Shown: positions 40,127 through 52,852, numbered from the stretch's first letter. The stretch: 64,000 bases of DNA from Eledone cirrhosa (GCA_964016885.1 OZ024752.1:15686001-15750000); one strand, 5' to 3'. Notes: generated by a model not told the origin, from the letters alone. Translations and numbers: made by a program.

Positions 40127-41032
40127 CCCTCTTCCTGCTATTTCTTTTTATATCGATATATCTGTCGGTTTGTATATGTTTCACTGGCTACGAAATATCT
40201 TAATACTCCATTCATTGTGTTAAATGCAGGACAGAAAATTTGGTCGTGATTTAGAAGCGTGGAAAGTGCAATGGTATCGCGTTGTACCAGTGTAATGGGT
40301 CTATTGTAAAAGGAAGGGGGATTAATTATAAATAATAGACAAAATGAATTATTCAGAGGAATAATTATGTACTTGTTTTAGGCCTGATCCTGAAATCTTG
40401 ATCGACCACGTAATTGCATAATTTCTTTGGAGAGACACATTGTGATTTGTTAGGGCTGGTATATTAATAAGAAAATGATTTGTTTCTTTGTTGTCCTGGA
40501 CCAGGGTATCCTGGGAACAGGTCGTGCTGTTTTGTATGTGACAACTATTATAAACGTAGCTGTAAGGAAACCGTATTTAACAGTAAAAATACTGCAGTAC
40601 CGTTTAGTCCACCGACATCTTATATAACTTATCATAGCTACACTTGACCTAGACCACACGCGATCGATAAGAGTTAATTAATTTTCTTGATTGTTTTGTT
40701 TACCTAACGCTTATGCTCTTTACTATCTTTCTCCTCATTCCTTTTATTGTTCTTTTTCAATTCCTCCTCTTCTATATTTGTAATAAAATGTATCGATCCT
40801 TTCCAATTATATTGCCGGCGACGATCTAATCAGACGCCAACACTAGTGTGCTGTTCATTTTCACCATAACACCGTTTTTATTTTGACATGTCATCAGAGA
40901 TTATATTCAACTGAGAGAATATAAAAAATTCTGGGAAGTCTAAGTCAGTGTGTCGGCAGTTTATCTGTAAATACAGGAAAATGAGAAACAAACTCTGGTA
41001 AAATTCCAGAATAACATATTATATAATCATTG

Positions 41033-41215
41033 CGGGATTGGCAGTATCGGTAGAGGTTCGGACGCCATGCTTTGACGCATAGTTACGGCCCTTGCCATTC
41101 TGAGTACAAATCCCGCCGAGGTTAACTTTCCCCTTCATCCTTACGGGGTCGATAAAATTATGTACCAGTAATGCACTAGGTAATTGCTGGCCTTGTGCCA
41201 AAAGTACAAACAATT
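41033..41215 (+). mobile_element. SINE1 with TSD ATTATAT.ATCATTGCG
   Basis: Direct repeat on both flanks. Confidence 0.9.
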
Positions 41216-41731
41216 ATATCATCATTGCGACCACAGTCGAACATTCCTGACTATCTCTCCACCTTTCACGATTTTCTATTGCTCCTGGCAACTGCTCCCT
41301 ACTGGGATTTGCATCGCTTGGGAGTTGATCGATGAAAGTTAGAGAAGAGCTTTCTCTACGTATAAAACATAAAAACCTTTATATACAGAGAGAGAAATTT
41401 GAAGTTCAAACTTCACATTTTTCTATACCATACACAGTGCTTCAAGCAAACTACAACTTTCCCCTTCTATGTATATAATTATACCAAAGCGTAGGTTTCA
41501 GTTACAACACAAATTTTAACATGTATATTTACCTACACTCGTATAAACTCACCGTTCTTCTAAAACAATACAATTACGTTCATCCACATATACACAAAAG
41601 AGAAACATAATTTCGCATAGTCACAAACATACAGACACAAACACATACACACACGTACACACGCACTCACACACACATACACACACAAGCACACACACAC
41701 ATATATATATATAAATATATATATATATATC

Positions 41732-42171
41732 CAGGGAGTGTAACTTGGATTTAGTATAGGTTCACTCGGGTGAGCACTCGATGTGTAGGTTCACTTCAGT
41801 GTCGAGATGTAGAGCTAGACAGAGTGTATTGTAGTGAAATGAAATATCAAGGACGATTGGTTACTCCTTCATTACGTTTATTCGTTGGTGACGCACGTTT
41901 CGCCGCTGATCAGCTCAAGGTTCGATCTGTATCGATCTGACCTGACTCTGCAAACCGCGGCTCGTCAAACCCTTGTAATGGTAATGGAAAAATGAAATAA
42001 TGGAAAATTCATTTTTCTATTACTATTACAAGAGGTCTGATGAGCCGCAGGTTACAGACTCGGGTCAGATCGATACAGATCGAACCTTGAACTGATCAGT
42101 GACGAAACGCGCGTCACCAATCAATAAACGTAATGAAGGAGTAACCAATCGTCCTTGTTATTTTATTTCAC

Positions 42172-42173
<2 letters not shown>
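41732..42173. mobile_element. PLE-like family F with a ~340-bp head-to-head inverted repeat (41832-42173)
   Basis: Diverged ~165-bp arms centred near 42001; flanked by (TA)n. Confidence 0.85.
42034..42118 (+). ncRNA. Type I hammerhead ribozyme motif with long stem II insertion
   Basis: ggt-CTGATGA-GCCGC...(GCGGC in the mirror arm)-GAAA-CGCGCG-TC-acc; canonical GUC triplet; mirror copy 41887-41971 (-) has TTGACGA. Confidence 0.7.
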
Positions 42174-42204
<31 letters not shown>

Positions 42205-42408
42205 TATAATATATATATATATATAACAAACAGAGTGTGGTAAGAAACCATGTGGACCATAACGCCCCAGAGTTCGGATCTATTTGTCGAAACGGCCGGA
42301 GTTTAGCCGGCGGGGTCCTGACTCTTTTCCTATATACATATATATGTATATGGTTTCTGAATTTGTTTAGCAAGATTCTTTATCTGAAAACGTGTGTTGA
42401 AACCGATA

Positions 42409-42701
42409 TTGTTATACTTTGGGAGGGTCATGTTGTCAATAAGAGACACACGCACAAAAACAAGATGGCGTAGGACAGAACAAAGGAGAGGCACAAAAAC
42501 ATATAAAAGAATCCCCAGTCACTGAAGAGGTCACAGAATGTATGACGAAAGAACTTTGATAATATATGAACAACCATCTGGTTGTGGAACAAACCAACCA
42601 ACCGGAAATTTATAATTCTTTTTTTAATTTATAATAAATTGGAGTGAAAGCATAGGTGCGTGTGTTTTTATTGGCAACATGGCCCTCCCAAAGTATAACA
42701 A
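42409..42701 (+). mobile_element. PLE pLTR-like unit with an inverted 3'-end fragment at its 5' side
   Basis: Arms 42409-42455 and 42656-42701; interior has CAAGATGGCG, TATAAAAG and a hammerhead. Confidence 0.7.
42519..42559 (+). ncRNA. Minimal type I hammerhead ribozyme motif
   Basis: tca-CTGAAGA-g-GTCA-cagaatgta-TGAC-GAAA-gaac-TT-tga. Confidence 0.6.
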
Positions 42702-42725
42702 CATATATATATATATATATATTTA

Positions 42726-42796
<71 letters not shown>

Positions 42797-42802
<6 letters not shown>

Positions 42803-43060
42803 TAAAATAACAGATTAAAGTTTAACCAAAGAATCGCTGCTTTCACTCTTAACAGGATCTTCTGAAACTGAAAAAATCAATATTTCCAAAAACTTTGCAA
42901 CCGAAGGAAGACGGGAAGACGATACTTTGGTTCGTGAAAACGTTCTCTGGCAATGAACGTAAAACACGAAGATAATACGTCATTATGAGGATCGTGGAGA
43001 ACAATTACACGCAAAGGCAAAACCACGTTTATGGTATGACAGAAGTCGTAGACTAAAATT
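42797..43060 (-). mobile_element. Repeat family A copy
   Basis: Matches 44658-44870 and 54850-55105. Confidence 0.75.
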
Positions 43061-43794
43061 CTATTTAGGAAACCGAATGACTCTCGGCTTCAGAGTTAAT
43101 AATAATGTAAATAAATTACAGAGATAATTGAAATTAAATATATACATGCACGCATCTGTATACGTACATGCACATGCATACGCGAAAACACACGCCAGGT
43201 GTATGCAAATAAAAGCACTTACGCAAAAAAACACGCACGCGCATACAGAACCTACGCAACACCTGTACCCGCACACATACGAACGTATACACCAAATACA
43301 CAAAAAAATACATATAAATATATATATGTGTGTGTGTGTGCGTGTATACATATAATTATATAAACGTATATAAATATACACACATAAATACGTATATAAC
43401 GCGCGCACACACATACCTACATGTACATACACATATGTTCGCAGACGTATGTCAACCAAAACACAAAGTACACATATACACAAATACGTATATACCCACG
43501 AACCCGCATACTCACACAGACGCAAAACTCACTTATACACATAAACATATGCACATGTACCAGTATATATAATATAATATATACGCCTATAACATATACA
43601 AGCAAATATACGTACTAGAAAGTATACATAACTTCAGAAAACATACAGGTTATATATACATTCCTATACAATTAAGTAATGGTATAAACATAACATATAC
43701 TTAGCTACCACATCAAGACATAAATATCCTCGTATAGTTCGTACTATCCGTTAGGGTATAATGTGGGGCTGTAATACATGAAAGTTTTGTGCAA

Positions 43795-44320
43795 TTTATG
43801 TTTACAAGCCGAAATTGCCTCAGATTTTTTGTTTAAGATTAGGTCTTTGGCGTAGAGTATTTCCTTCTATTTCCGTTATACCATCTAGCCCTGGCTAGGA
43901 TCTCCCAGTATAACTTATATTGGGTGTGGTTGTCTTTTAGACTCCAGATATAAGCTGAAAGTGACGTCATTTTCCTCTTAAAGGTTTAAGAAAAGAATGG
44001 GTATGCATGTAAAGGCGCTGCTTGAATCAGTTGGCGGTTAACCCTATGTAGGCCCTAGGTGGCGTGGGTGTTTCAACCATACATTTGTAGACAATGTTAC
44101 TAGAGAGGCATTTCCCGGATAGGGGTCAGTCAACCTGATTCCTACAATTACAGTTATTACTAGCTACAGAGTTGCGCGTGTTCCACGCCCTCCCAAGTCA
44201 GCGATATGGGGGGGGGGGGTTAACGTGCTCTGATGTTAGGTTTCAATAGTTTTTAGGATTCCCCAGTTCAGTATCCAGTACGTTAAAGAAAATTGATAGT
44301 TACAACTATAAAGGCTAAAC
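43795..44320 (-). pseudogene. Penelope-like element GIY-YIG endonuclease remnant
   Basis: - strand: YSC...CNCRNQVD*PLSGKCLSSNIVYKCMVETPTPPRAYIGLTAN*FKQRLYMHTHSF / SLSAYIWSLKDNHTQYKLYWEILARARWY / LKQKSEAISACKH; contains stops and frameshifts. Confidence 0.8.
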
Positions 44321-44344
44321 AAAGAACAAATATATATTTTTTTT

Positions 44345-44544
44345 AATGCCCCCTGCACGGTTCCTCAGTTGCTGAAGGCGAGAATGGCGCTGCTCTTGAG
44401 CGTGGCTGATCGAATGGCTCTTGCTTGAGTCCTCATCTGCTGAAGGCGACGTTCATGATCATCTTCAGACTCTCTTGCTCTAGTAACATTTTTTCTTCTG
44501 GAAAATATGATCTTGCGGCCAGGCTGGGACTTTTTGTGTGGCAT
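44345..44544 (-). pseudogene. N-terminal fragment of a Helitron Rep-Hel ORF (STPR-like repeats)
   Basis: MPHKKSQPGRKIIFSRRKNVTRARESEDDHERRLQQMRTQARAIRSAT, then a frameshift to QEQRHSRLQQLRNRA; upstream 44586-44650 matches H1 internal 29196-29262. Confidence 0.6.
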
Positions 44545-44649
44545 ATCGGCAGTAACAATGACGATAAGTCGTCTGTGCTTTCGGGAAATAAATACGTTTG
44601 TTTATATTTTGTTTTTATGTATGCAAAATATCTGTACACGAATATATAA

Positions 44650-44965
44650 TTATATATATTAAAATAACAGATTAAAGTTTAAGCAAAGAATCGCTGCTTT
44701 TACCCCTAACGGAATCTTCTGAAACTAAAAAAATCAATCTGTGAACACAGAAGTAAATATTTAAAAAAACGTTGCAACCGAAGGAAAACAGGAAGACGAT
44801 ACTTTGGTTCGTGAAGACGTTCCCTGGCAATGAACTGAAAAATGCGAAGATAATACGTCAGCAATGAGAACAATATTTTCTCTACGGTTCTTATATATTT
44901 GATACATATTTATCCTTATCGAGCCCTCTTTGGATTTTAGTCTTCACATTTATTATTATTACTAA
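44650..44965. mobile_element. Repeat family A, two oppositely oriented segments
   Basis: Matches 681-820, 32175-32260 and 42797-43060. Confidence 0.7.
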
Positions 44966-45117
44966 TTATATATATATATATATAATTAATTATTGAGAGG
45001 GCATGTGGTATCTTTGCACTGGAGTGAAGGGGGACTTCCTGAAAAGATAAAATGCCGGTACACCTAGCTGGGACAGCTAGTATATATATAATTAATTAAA
45101 AGTTGGTTTGAAGCGAC

Positions 45118-45535
45118 GTCAATGCAGACAGGCAGCCAGATATCAGCGTGCGACGTTATAGCTATGTATCTAATTCAGACAGCAGACATACAGAGACAAA
45201 TTATAAGGGCCCGACGTTGTAGCTATGTATCTAATGCAGACAGCAGACATACAGAGACAAATTATAAGGGCCCGACGTTGTAGCTATGTATCTATCTAAA
45301 AAGACAGGCTAAGAAAGAGAGAGGAATGTTGTATAACCGGAAGTATTGACATTTGAAATTTTAAAGAAGTGAATATTTAAATAATCTCTTTAATCTTTTA
45401 ACAAATACAGTAGACAAAAATACCCTCACTTTTGAATGGGAAAAAGTTACATGTATGGTGCAAATTTGTTGCCGTTTGGTTAAGCCGTTTGGCGAAAAGT
45501 TTGTTACATACATACGGCCGTCAGCTTTATAATAT
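45118..45535 (-). mobile_element. Helitron-related 5' portion with a 61-bp internal tandem duplication (45152-45294)
   Basis: attataagggc.cgacgtt.tagctatgtatct shared with H1/H3. Confidence 0.55.
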
Positions 45536-45894
45536 ATATATATATATATATACAAGGACAAATAATTATATTAGAGGTTTGTCCAACACATCCGTCCGTA
45601 GACTGGGAAACGAAAATGATTCATTAGTACGGTTCAAATGATAATCATATTCAAACTAGTACTGCCTCTACAGACTGAAACCAAAAATTCCTCCATTGCT
45701 GGAAAATCTCTTCCACCACTCCACTGCCACCTTAGGGTTCACCTCACCCCTTCGAGCTTATCAATGCTCCCTGGCTGGCGCTAGCGCCTACTTTGAGAAC
45801 CTTTGCTTTAGACGGACCCCATATGTCCATAAAGTTTTACTTTCAACCTTGCATTTACTATTTCTTTTCCATTGGTATTACTTGTGTGTTACAT

Positions 45895-46110
45895 AGGACG
45901 GTGGATTGGCAGTATCGGTAGAGGGTAGGACAACATGCTTTGTGGCATAGAGTAACCGCTCTTTACGTTCTGGGTTGAAGTCGCGCCGAAGTTAGCTTTC
46001 TTTTCATCTTTACGGGGTTGATAAAATGAAGTAGCAGTAATACACTGGGGTCGATTTAATCGACTTTCCCCCAAAAATTGCTGGCCTTGAGCCTATATGA
46101 GAAACTCTTA
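45895..46110 (+). mobile_element. SINE1 (long-tail variant)
   Basis: Head, core and tail. Confidence 0.8.
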
Positions 46111-47209
46111 TTTGTCACCGACATCAACAGCACTTAAATGTATACATGTATAAAATACATAATGTTGTCTTCTTCGTTCTAGTCTATATATTACGTTCAA
46201 TGGATATTTCTTGATTTGGGGCCAACAGATAATTGTTTTTGTTTGTTCACAACACAATTTTCTAAGGCAAATTGTTTGTGTGATGGCTGCTTAAGACGAC
46301 TGCAACGCTTGGCTGGTGTTTTTCATTGAAACCGAAAAAAAAATTAAAGATAAAATGAAATTCGACTGAAGTTTGGCTGAGAACCCAATGCTATGCAATG
46401 TTGTAAAATAGGATAAATGTGCTAAAGTCATTCCAAGCCAACAAACTCCGAACGCCGGAGCTTAACCCAGATTTATTAGCTTTAAGTGAGTAGAATACAA
46501 TACTTGGACAAATAAACAGCACGTTTAACCCCCTAACTATTGCTAGTACATATTTTCAGCTGAATTGAATGAAGAAAACTGAAAAGAATTGTTTTGCTCA
46601 AGAAAAATAACACGCTAGCTGATCATCGAACCGAATAACATCGTAAGTTCAACACGTTAAATACTAGGTCACATATCTTCACTTATTGGATAAGGCTTAA
46701 TCCACCTTGTGGGCGCTGTTGTGTTGAAAGTGGGCGCTGGAGTTTTTATTTCATGGGGGGGGGGGGGCAGTGTATTTACTCAGCTGGGCAGTGGCCATTT
46801 AACCATTTTTTTTTTAAAATCTCTTTCTTTCAAACTTTCAAAAATTATAAAAACACTTTTTCCACTTTGGCGACACCATGAATTCCTGGCACCATGTGTA
46901 ACTGGTGTCCCTAAAGTGAAACCCCCAAATCAAAAACAAAAAACAGATGAATGGTGACAAACGATTAAAAGAAAAAAAAAAAGACAATGAATAAAAGCGA
47001 AAAGCTGAATGTGCGTATTTGTGTGCAAATGGTCAGAATTTGGGATGAAACTGGCTTTTGGGAGTGGCTCATGTATGTGTTTGTATATATGGGTATGTTT
47101 TTATGTATATGATTTTGTGTATGTGGGAGTGTTGCCATTTTGAATTCCTTTCTACGATTCAACTTAAATTGACCCCTGACGATTAAAGGCCCAAACACGC
47201 GCGCGCACG

Positions 47210-47274
<65 letters not shown>

Positions 47275-47374
47275 TTGTTTTAGGTGGTGTACCCATTTGA
47301 TGTAAGATGAATTCAACATGTTTTTAAATATTAATTTTACTGTTGTCGTTCACGAAAAAAGTTTGCGCCCTGAT

Positions 47375-47790
47375 TTAGAGCGATGGATTAGCAGTTCGGT
47401 AGTGCGTCATGGCATAGACGTGCGCCCTTTTACGATCTGAGTTCAAATCCTGCCGAGATTAGCTTTGCCTTTGATTGTTACGGTGTCGAAATCATACAGT
47501 ATCAGGAACGCACTGGGGTAGATTTAATTTATTTTCCCCTACTCCAAAGTTGTTGACCTTGTGCCTAAATCAGAAACCAATATTTCTACCCTTTAGAGCG
47601 GCAGATTAGCAGAATGCTTTATGGCATAGTGTTACATCTCTTTACGATGTGAGTTTAAATCCCGCCGAGGTTAGCTTTGCCTTTCACCCTTACGGTGCCG
47701 ATAAAATGAAGTACACCAACGCACTGGTGTCTATTTAATCGATTTCCCCCAACCCCGAAATTGTTGGCCTTGTGCCTAAATTAGAAACTG
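47375..47790 (+). mobile_element. Two tandem diverged SINE1 copies
   Basis: Core matches at ~47440-47520 and ~47650-47720. Confidence 0.8.
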
Positions 47791-48277
47791 CCTATTGTTT
47801 AGGTAGCATAGAGGTAAGAGTTGATAAACAACAACGAACATTTATTGTATGTGCAAACACAGCAAGTTACAAATAGTAACATCCAGCTTGGATTTGGGGG
47901 AAAAAACATTCCAGAGCTGTTGGAAAAGAAAATAACAAATAGAATCAATTTTCAGGTGTTAAGACCAAATCAAATTACGAGATTGTAGCTGATAGTCTTT
48001 ATTTTTTGTTTTGATTTTTTTTTTTTTTTTTTTTGCTGTTTGCAAAATGGCGACTTCGTTTCGGGTTCCCATTTTACCTGCTATTGATATGGAGCTGAAT
48101 CCATTTATTAAGAAATTCATTATATATATATCGTTTAAGAAAATGCATATTCCATATTGTTTTTGTAGCAGTTTGTTGTATAGATACCTAATTACACCTT
48201 CAGAGGCTACAAAGATAAAATACAAAACGTGTGCTACTTCGTAAACCACTTCCTCTATTAGATTTCGAACATGCTGT

Positions 48278-49540
48278 GTGAAGGCTTGTGGCTAAGTGGT
48301 TAAAGAATTGGATTCGCAATCGTAAGGGTGTGAATTCGATTCCTGGACCAGGCGATGCGTTATGTGCTTGAGCAAGACAATTTATTTCCCGCTGCTCCTT
48401 CTGCCTGGATTTGCGACCGGTAGATAGTATTAGCAATTGGAAAGACCTATGGAAACATTATTTCCTCGGTCCGAATGAGGCCCAGTATCTTGTTGATCGT
48501 TGTGTCCTGTGTTCGATATCTAGACTGGGTTGCGTGTTGTGTTCTCGGGCAAAACATCTCATTTCACGTTGCTCCAATATACCCAACTGAAAATGAGTAG
48601 CAGCAATATCTAAGGGTTTAACGCTGCGATGGACTGCCGTTGCTCCTTCTGCTTTGATTTTCGACCAGTAGAGAGTATTAGCAATTGGAAAGACCAATGG
48701 AAATATTTTTTCCTTAGCCTGATTTGACGAGCTCCACACCCCTTGTTAAGTGAATCAGGTCTGGCATATTGTTGATCCACTGTTATATATTATCCAAATT
48801 CCGTTGATTCACGATTCAATAAATAACCTTCTTGCTTGAGATTTATATGTATTTGACAGTCTATTTGAGTACAATTGACCTAGTTGCTAGCAAAGCATTG
48901 TTAATGCAAACAGGACTTAACGATTTATTTAAATTCTTATTTCTTGTGACTACATAAATATCTACAAACTAAAGTTAAACGTAGGTAAGTAATGGAGAGT
49001 GCTTGACCTCTGAAGAAAGAGAAAGTTTGAAATAAGATCGATATCGGTCAGATTAACCCTTTTTTCTCTTTCCATGCTAGAAATAGAAAAAAAGGCATTT
49101 CTATACATTCGTCCTGTGGAAGCGTATGGCCTAGTGGTAAGGGTGTTGGACTTACGATTGTAAGGTCGTGGGTTCGATTCCTGGGCTGGGTTGCGTGTTA
49201 AATTTGCATTGGCGAATCAAATTTAGATTTATGTTAAGTTAATTTATATTAAAGTGGAGGTGCATGACCTTAAGTTAAGACGTTTGGACTACGATTGAAT
49301 TGCTGTGTGTTCGATGCCTAGACCGGGTTGTATGTTGTGATCTCGTGCAAAACACTTCATTTCACGCTGCTCCACTATACTCAGCTGACAATAAGTACGT
49401 ACTAGCGATAGCTGGGGGTTTAACCCTACGATAGACTGGCGTACTGTTCAGGGCGGAGTCTTGTACTCTCAGCCGCTTCGCACCACAAAACCGGGATGAG
49501 CACCAGCCTGATGTGTCTTCTGGCTTGAGACAGACTTTAG
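48278..49540 (+). mobile_element. Cluster of SINE family 2 copies and fragments (48278-48480, 48500-48740, 49117-49200, 49254-49540)
   Basis: tRNA-like heads and (C)TTGAGCAAGACA/CTCGGGCAAAACA cores. Confidence 0.65.
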
Positions 49541-49655
49541 ACTTACATATATTTGTTCAGTGTATTTGAGTTTATTACACAGAGAGCAACACTCCGCGTA
49601 CAACTTGGTAAAATGTATCCTATATTATATTTCTGCAACATCCCCGTGCGTATAG

Positions 49656-50030
49656 TTCTTCTTCTTCGCCCACTTATGGGTCGTGGGGGCAGAGTTCAGA
49701 AACACTTCTTGTAGCGGATCCTGTCAGAAGCGATCGTCTCTAACTGAGCCGGCTGGATCCCCAAGTGAGACCAGTCAGCCAATTTCATGGATGTTATCCA
49801 ACCGTCTTGCTCGGGGTCTACCCCTACGTCTCATGTCGGTTGGTTTTGACCGTAAAATCTATCTAGCGATTCTTTCCTGCGACATTTCTAATCACATTCC
49901 CATAGTATCGGAGCTGAAATATCTCAATTCGAAGTAGCGGCGCTGTCTGGAGTGACTCTTTGATCTCTGAGCTACGCACTTTATCGGGTAACGTTATTCC
50001 AAACGTTGCTTGTCTGTCTTTCATTGTTAG
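49656..50030 (-). mobile_element. RTE LINE 3' fragment with (GAA)n tail
   Basis: DKVRSSEIKESLQTAPLLRIEIFQLRYYG..., RGRPRARRLDNI motif. Confidence 0.7.
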
Positions 50031-50077
50031 TACGGTTGTGAAATCGTTCTCTTGATATTGTGATACATATATATATT

Positions 50078-50400
50078 CATATATGCATGCATACATACAT
50101 ACTATACATGCATACATACCATACATACATGCATGCATATATGCATACATACATACCATACATACATGCATGCATGCATGCATATATACCATACATGCAT
50201 ACATACATGCATACATACATGCATAAATAAATGCATACATACCATACATATATGCATTCATATATGCATACATACCATACATACATGCATACATACATGC
50301 ATACATACATACATGCATGCATATATACATACCATACATACATGCATGCAGATATACATACATGCATACATACATACATACCATACTTACATGCATGCAT
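50078..50400. repeat. (ATGC/ATAC)n satellite-like tail expansion
   Basis: Abuts the RTE 3' end at 50403. Confidence 0.85.
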
Positions 50401-50402
50401 AG

Positions 50403-52200
50403 GTGATAGCCGCAAACTCGTGTTCGAGCATTTCTGTCGCCTGATAAAATGCTAAAAAATGTTAGACACAAGGACTGGCACTCTCTGGCACTCACATGGC
50501 AACTGTAAACACCCCTGGGACTTTCCACTGCTTGTTTATGACTATGCTTTCTCATATATCTTTTAAGACCTCCCATGCTAGCACATTCCTTGCCACATTC
50601 CTTACACCTTTTCAGATCATAATCTACATAAGGTCTACTGATATGACTTTGTTCGTGTCTAGTCAAACCAGCTTTACTCAGGCAGACTCGACCACAGTGC
50701 TGGCAAACCAGATGATGTTCAACAGCAGGCAGTTCAGAAGAGTCTCCTTTCCTTACCTGTCTATTGAGTGTAAGGTGTTCTCTCTGACGAGTTTCAAAGT
50801 GCTCACTACCTGATTTGATCAAATGTATCCACTTCACACGTTCCTCAGTCAATTTCTCCCATTCGTCAGATGAAATTTCAGCGCAAGCCAAGGTACCCTT
50901 GGTTCTGTGTGGTGCTCGCCTTCCTACGCACAGTTCACCGTAGAGAAGTTGCTTTGGAATACGATCATCAGAATACTTGTCCACACCACCTGAACCGATG
51001 CCAAAAGATCATGCTCTCTATAATCACGCATCTGCTCCGTTCGAGAACTTCCAGATCACTGAATGAACATTTTCCATCGCACCCCAAGTATCTTACGAAG
51101 TTATTGTTGGTGAAATCGTTCCAGTTCCTTGAAGTGCTTTCTGTATGTGACTCACGTTTCAAAAGCATAAATTAAACAGGCGACGACACACGTCAGATAC
51201 AGTTTCACCTTGGTTTCGATAGTGATACATCGTCGGGACCATAAACGGTCATGCTGCTGTCCAAAAGTATCACCAGCTTTCTTGATTTTTAAGGACATCT
51301 CATCATCAAGTGTGCATTAATTGTTCAACGTTCTACCAAGGTAAACAAACTTGTAAGTAACTTTTAGTCTTCCGAACACCTACACACTTCGTGTAGGGTA
51401 ATTCTTTCCCAGGTGCTGGCTGGTACATCACAACAGTTTTTTCCAAGCTTATTTTGAAGCCCGAAGCACTACAAGCTTCAGAAAAAGAGTTCATAATATG
51501 CTGCATGTCACTTTGTTAGTGTGCAAAATGATCGCAGTCATCCGCATACAAAAACTCTCGGATTATAGATGCCAATACCTTCGTGTTTGCACCAAAGCGC
51601 CTGATGTTGAACAACCTTCCCGAAGTGCGATACCTGATGTAAATTTCATGTGAGCAATAATTGTTGATTGCCATGAGAAACGCTAACATAAAATATAAGG
51701 AAAGCAGAGTTGGAGCCGGAATGTCCCCCGGCTTCTCTTCATTTTCAACTGATATTGGTTCAGAGATGCTACCACTAATACTGACCCAAGCCTTTATGTC
51801 GTCATGAAAATGACGCAGTATTTTCACAAACTTTGAAGCCAAGCTTTTCCAATATTTTCCAGGAAAGCTGTTCGATTGATGATGTCATCTCTGCAAGAGA
51901 AGGTACATCAGTCATCTAATATTTCACTGGTTCAATGGGAATGGAGCAAATGAAATCATCATCAACGTGGGATGGCTGGTTCAAGAACTCATCAAAATAT
52001 TTCACCACCTGTCGAGTATATCGTTTGGGTCATGCAGTAAATGCTTGCGATCTTTCGATCTCAAAGGTACCACTGGTGAGCTGAAAGGGCCATACACGTA
52101 TCTAAGTAGAATGTGCAGCAGTTTCACCTTGTTGCCATCAGATGCTGCCGTATTTATATATGTTGATTGCTACTTTTTTAAGAAGAGTGCCATCCCTTCA
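50403..52200 (-). pseudogene. Decayed RTE (BovB-like) LINE ORF: RT remnant plus C-terminal C2H2 zinc fingers
   Basis: FHDDIKAWV, PTLLSLYF, EFLYADDC, RIPKQLLYGEL..GRR, CQHCGRVCLSKAGLTRHEQSH, CKECGKEC; multiple frameshifts and deletions. Confidence 0.85.
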
Positions 52201-52242
52201 TTGAATATTGCACGGTCATGTATGCATACATACATAGATACA

Positions 52243-52852
52243 TGGTGGCTGCCAACTCGTTTTCGAGTACGGCCACTACTTTATATCCATGTAGGAGAAC
52301 CCCTACCGATGCGCTGAACGAATGTGACTTTTTAGTCCAGCCAGCGACTTGAAAACTCTGGTACAAAGACTACACTTGTGACCATTATTGACACATAGTG
52401 CAGGGCCATGGTACCATGTGATGACAAGTGCAGAGAGATCTCCAGATATAAAGCAATGCCTGTGCTGTGAAGCTTTTATAGTGAGCAAAGGCACTGCACA
52501 AAGCCAGTCCCACTCTCTTAACCAAGATGATATTTACCAAAACGAAGAACAAGTCAACATCATTGGATACCATCAGGGTTGCAGGTGTTATATTAGAGTT
52601 TTCCTTCTCCTAGAATTCTGCCTTGACAAAGGCTAAGGGGTCATCTCTCCCGGTGATTTTGGATGGCTATTGAGTCTTAAGAGCTCCCTTGCCCTTTGAC
52701 AGGTTTTGTTTTTAGTCCTGCAGGATGTCCAAAGTCACCCTCCTCACCAAGAAACCTTGGTGGGGTTGCCAGTTTAGTCGCCAACGACCCGACCATGAGG
52801 CAGGTTGTACTGGGATACATGTTACCAGTAGCACCAACTGGTGACCTGACAT
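52243..52852 (-). mobile_element. Non-autonomous bipartite RTE-derived element, copy 2
   Basis: 3' end encodes CSLCTRVFKSLAGLKSHIRSAHR and ends CTCGAAAACGAGTTGGCAGCCA-(ATGT)n, like the RTE end at 50403; flanked by (TACA)n. Confidence 0.75.

Larger units (their letters stand above)
39775..40145 (+). mobile_element. PLE-like family C partial tandem (two hammerhead-bearing units, ~215-bp period)
   Basis: Direct repeats separated by (TA)n. Confidence 0.8.

Noticed and set aside
49863-50984. 373-aa ORF as a zinc-finger gene
   Set aside because: It is a chance read-through of an RTE C-terminus, an (ATGC)n tail and a second RTE fragment.
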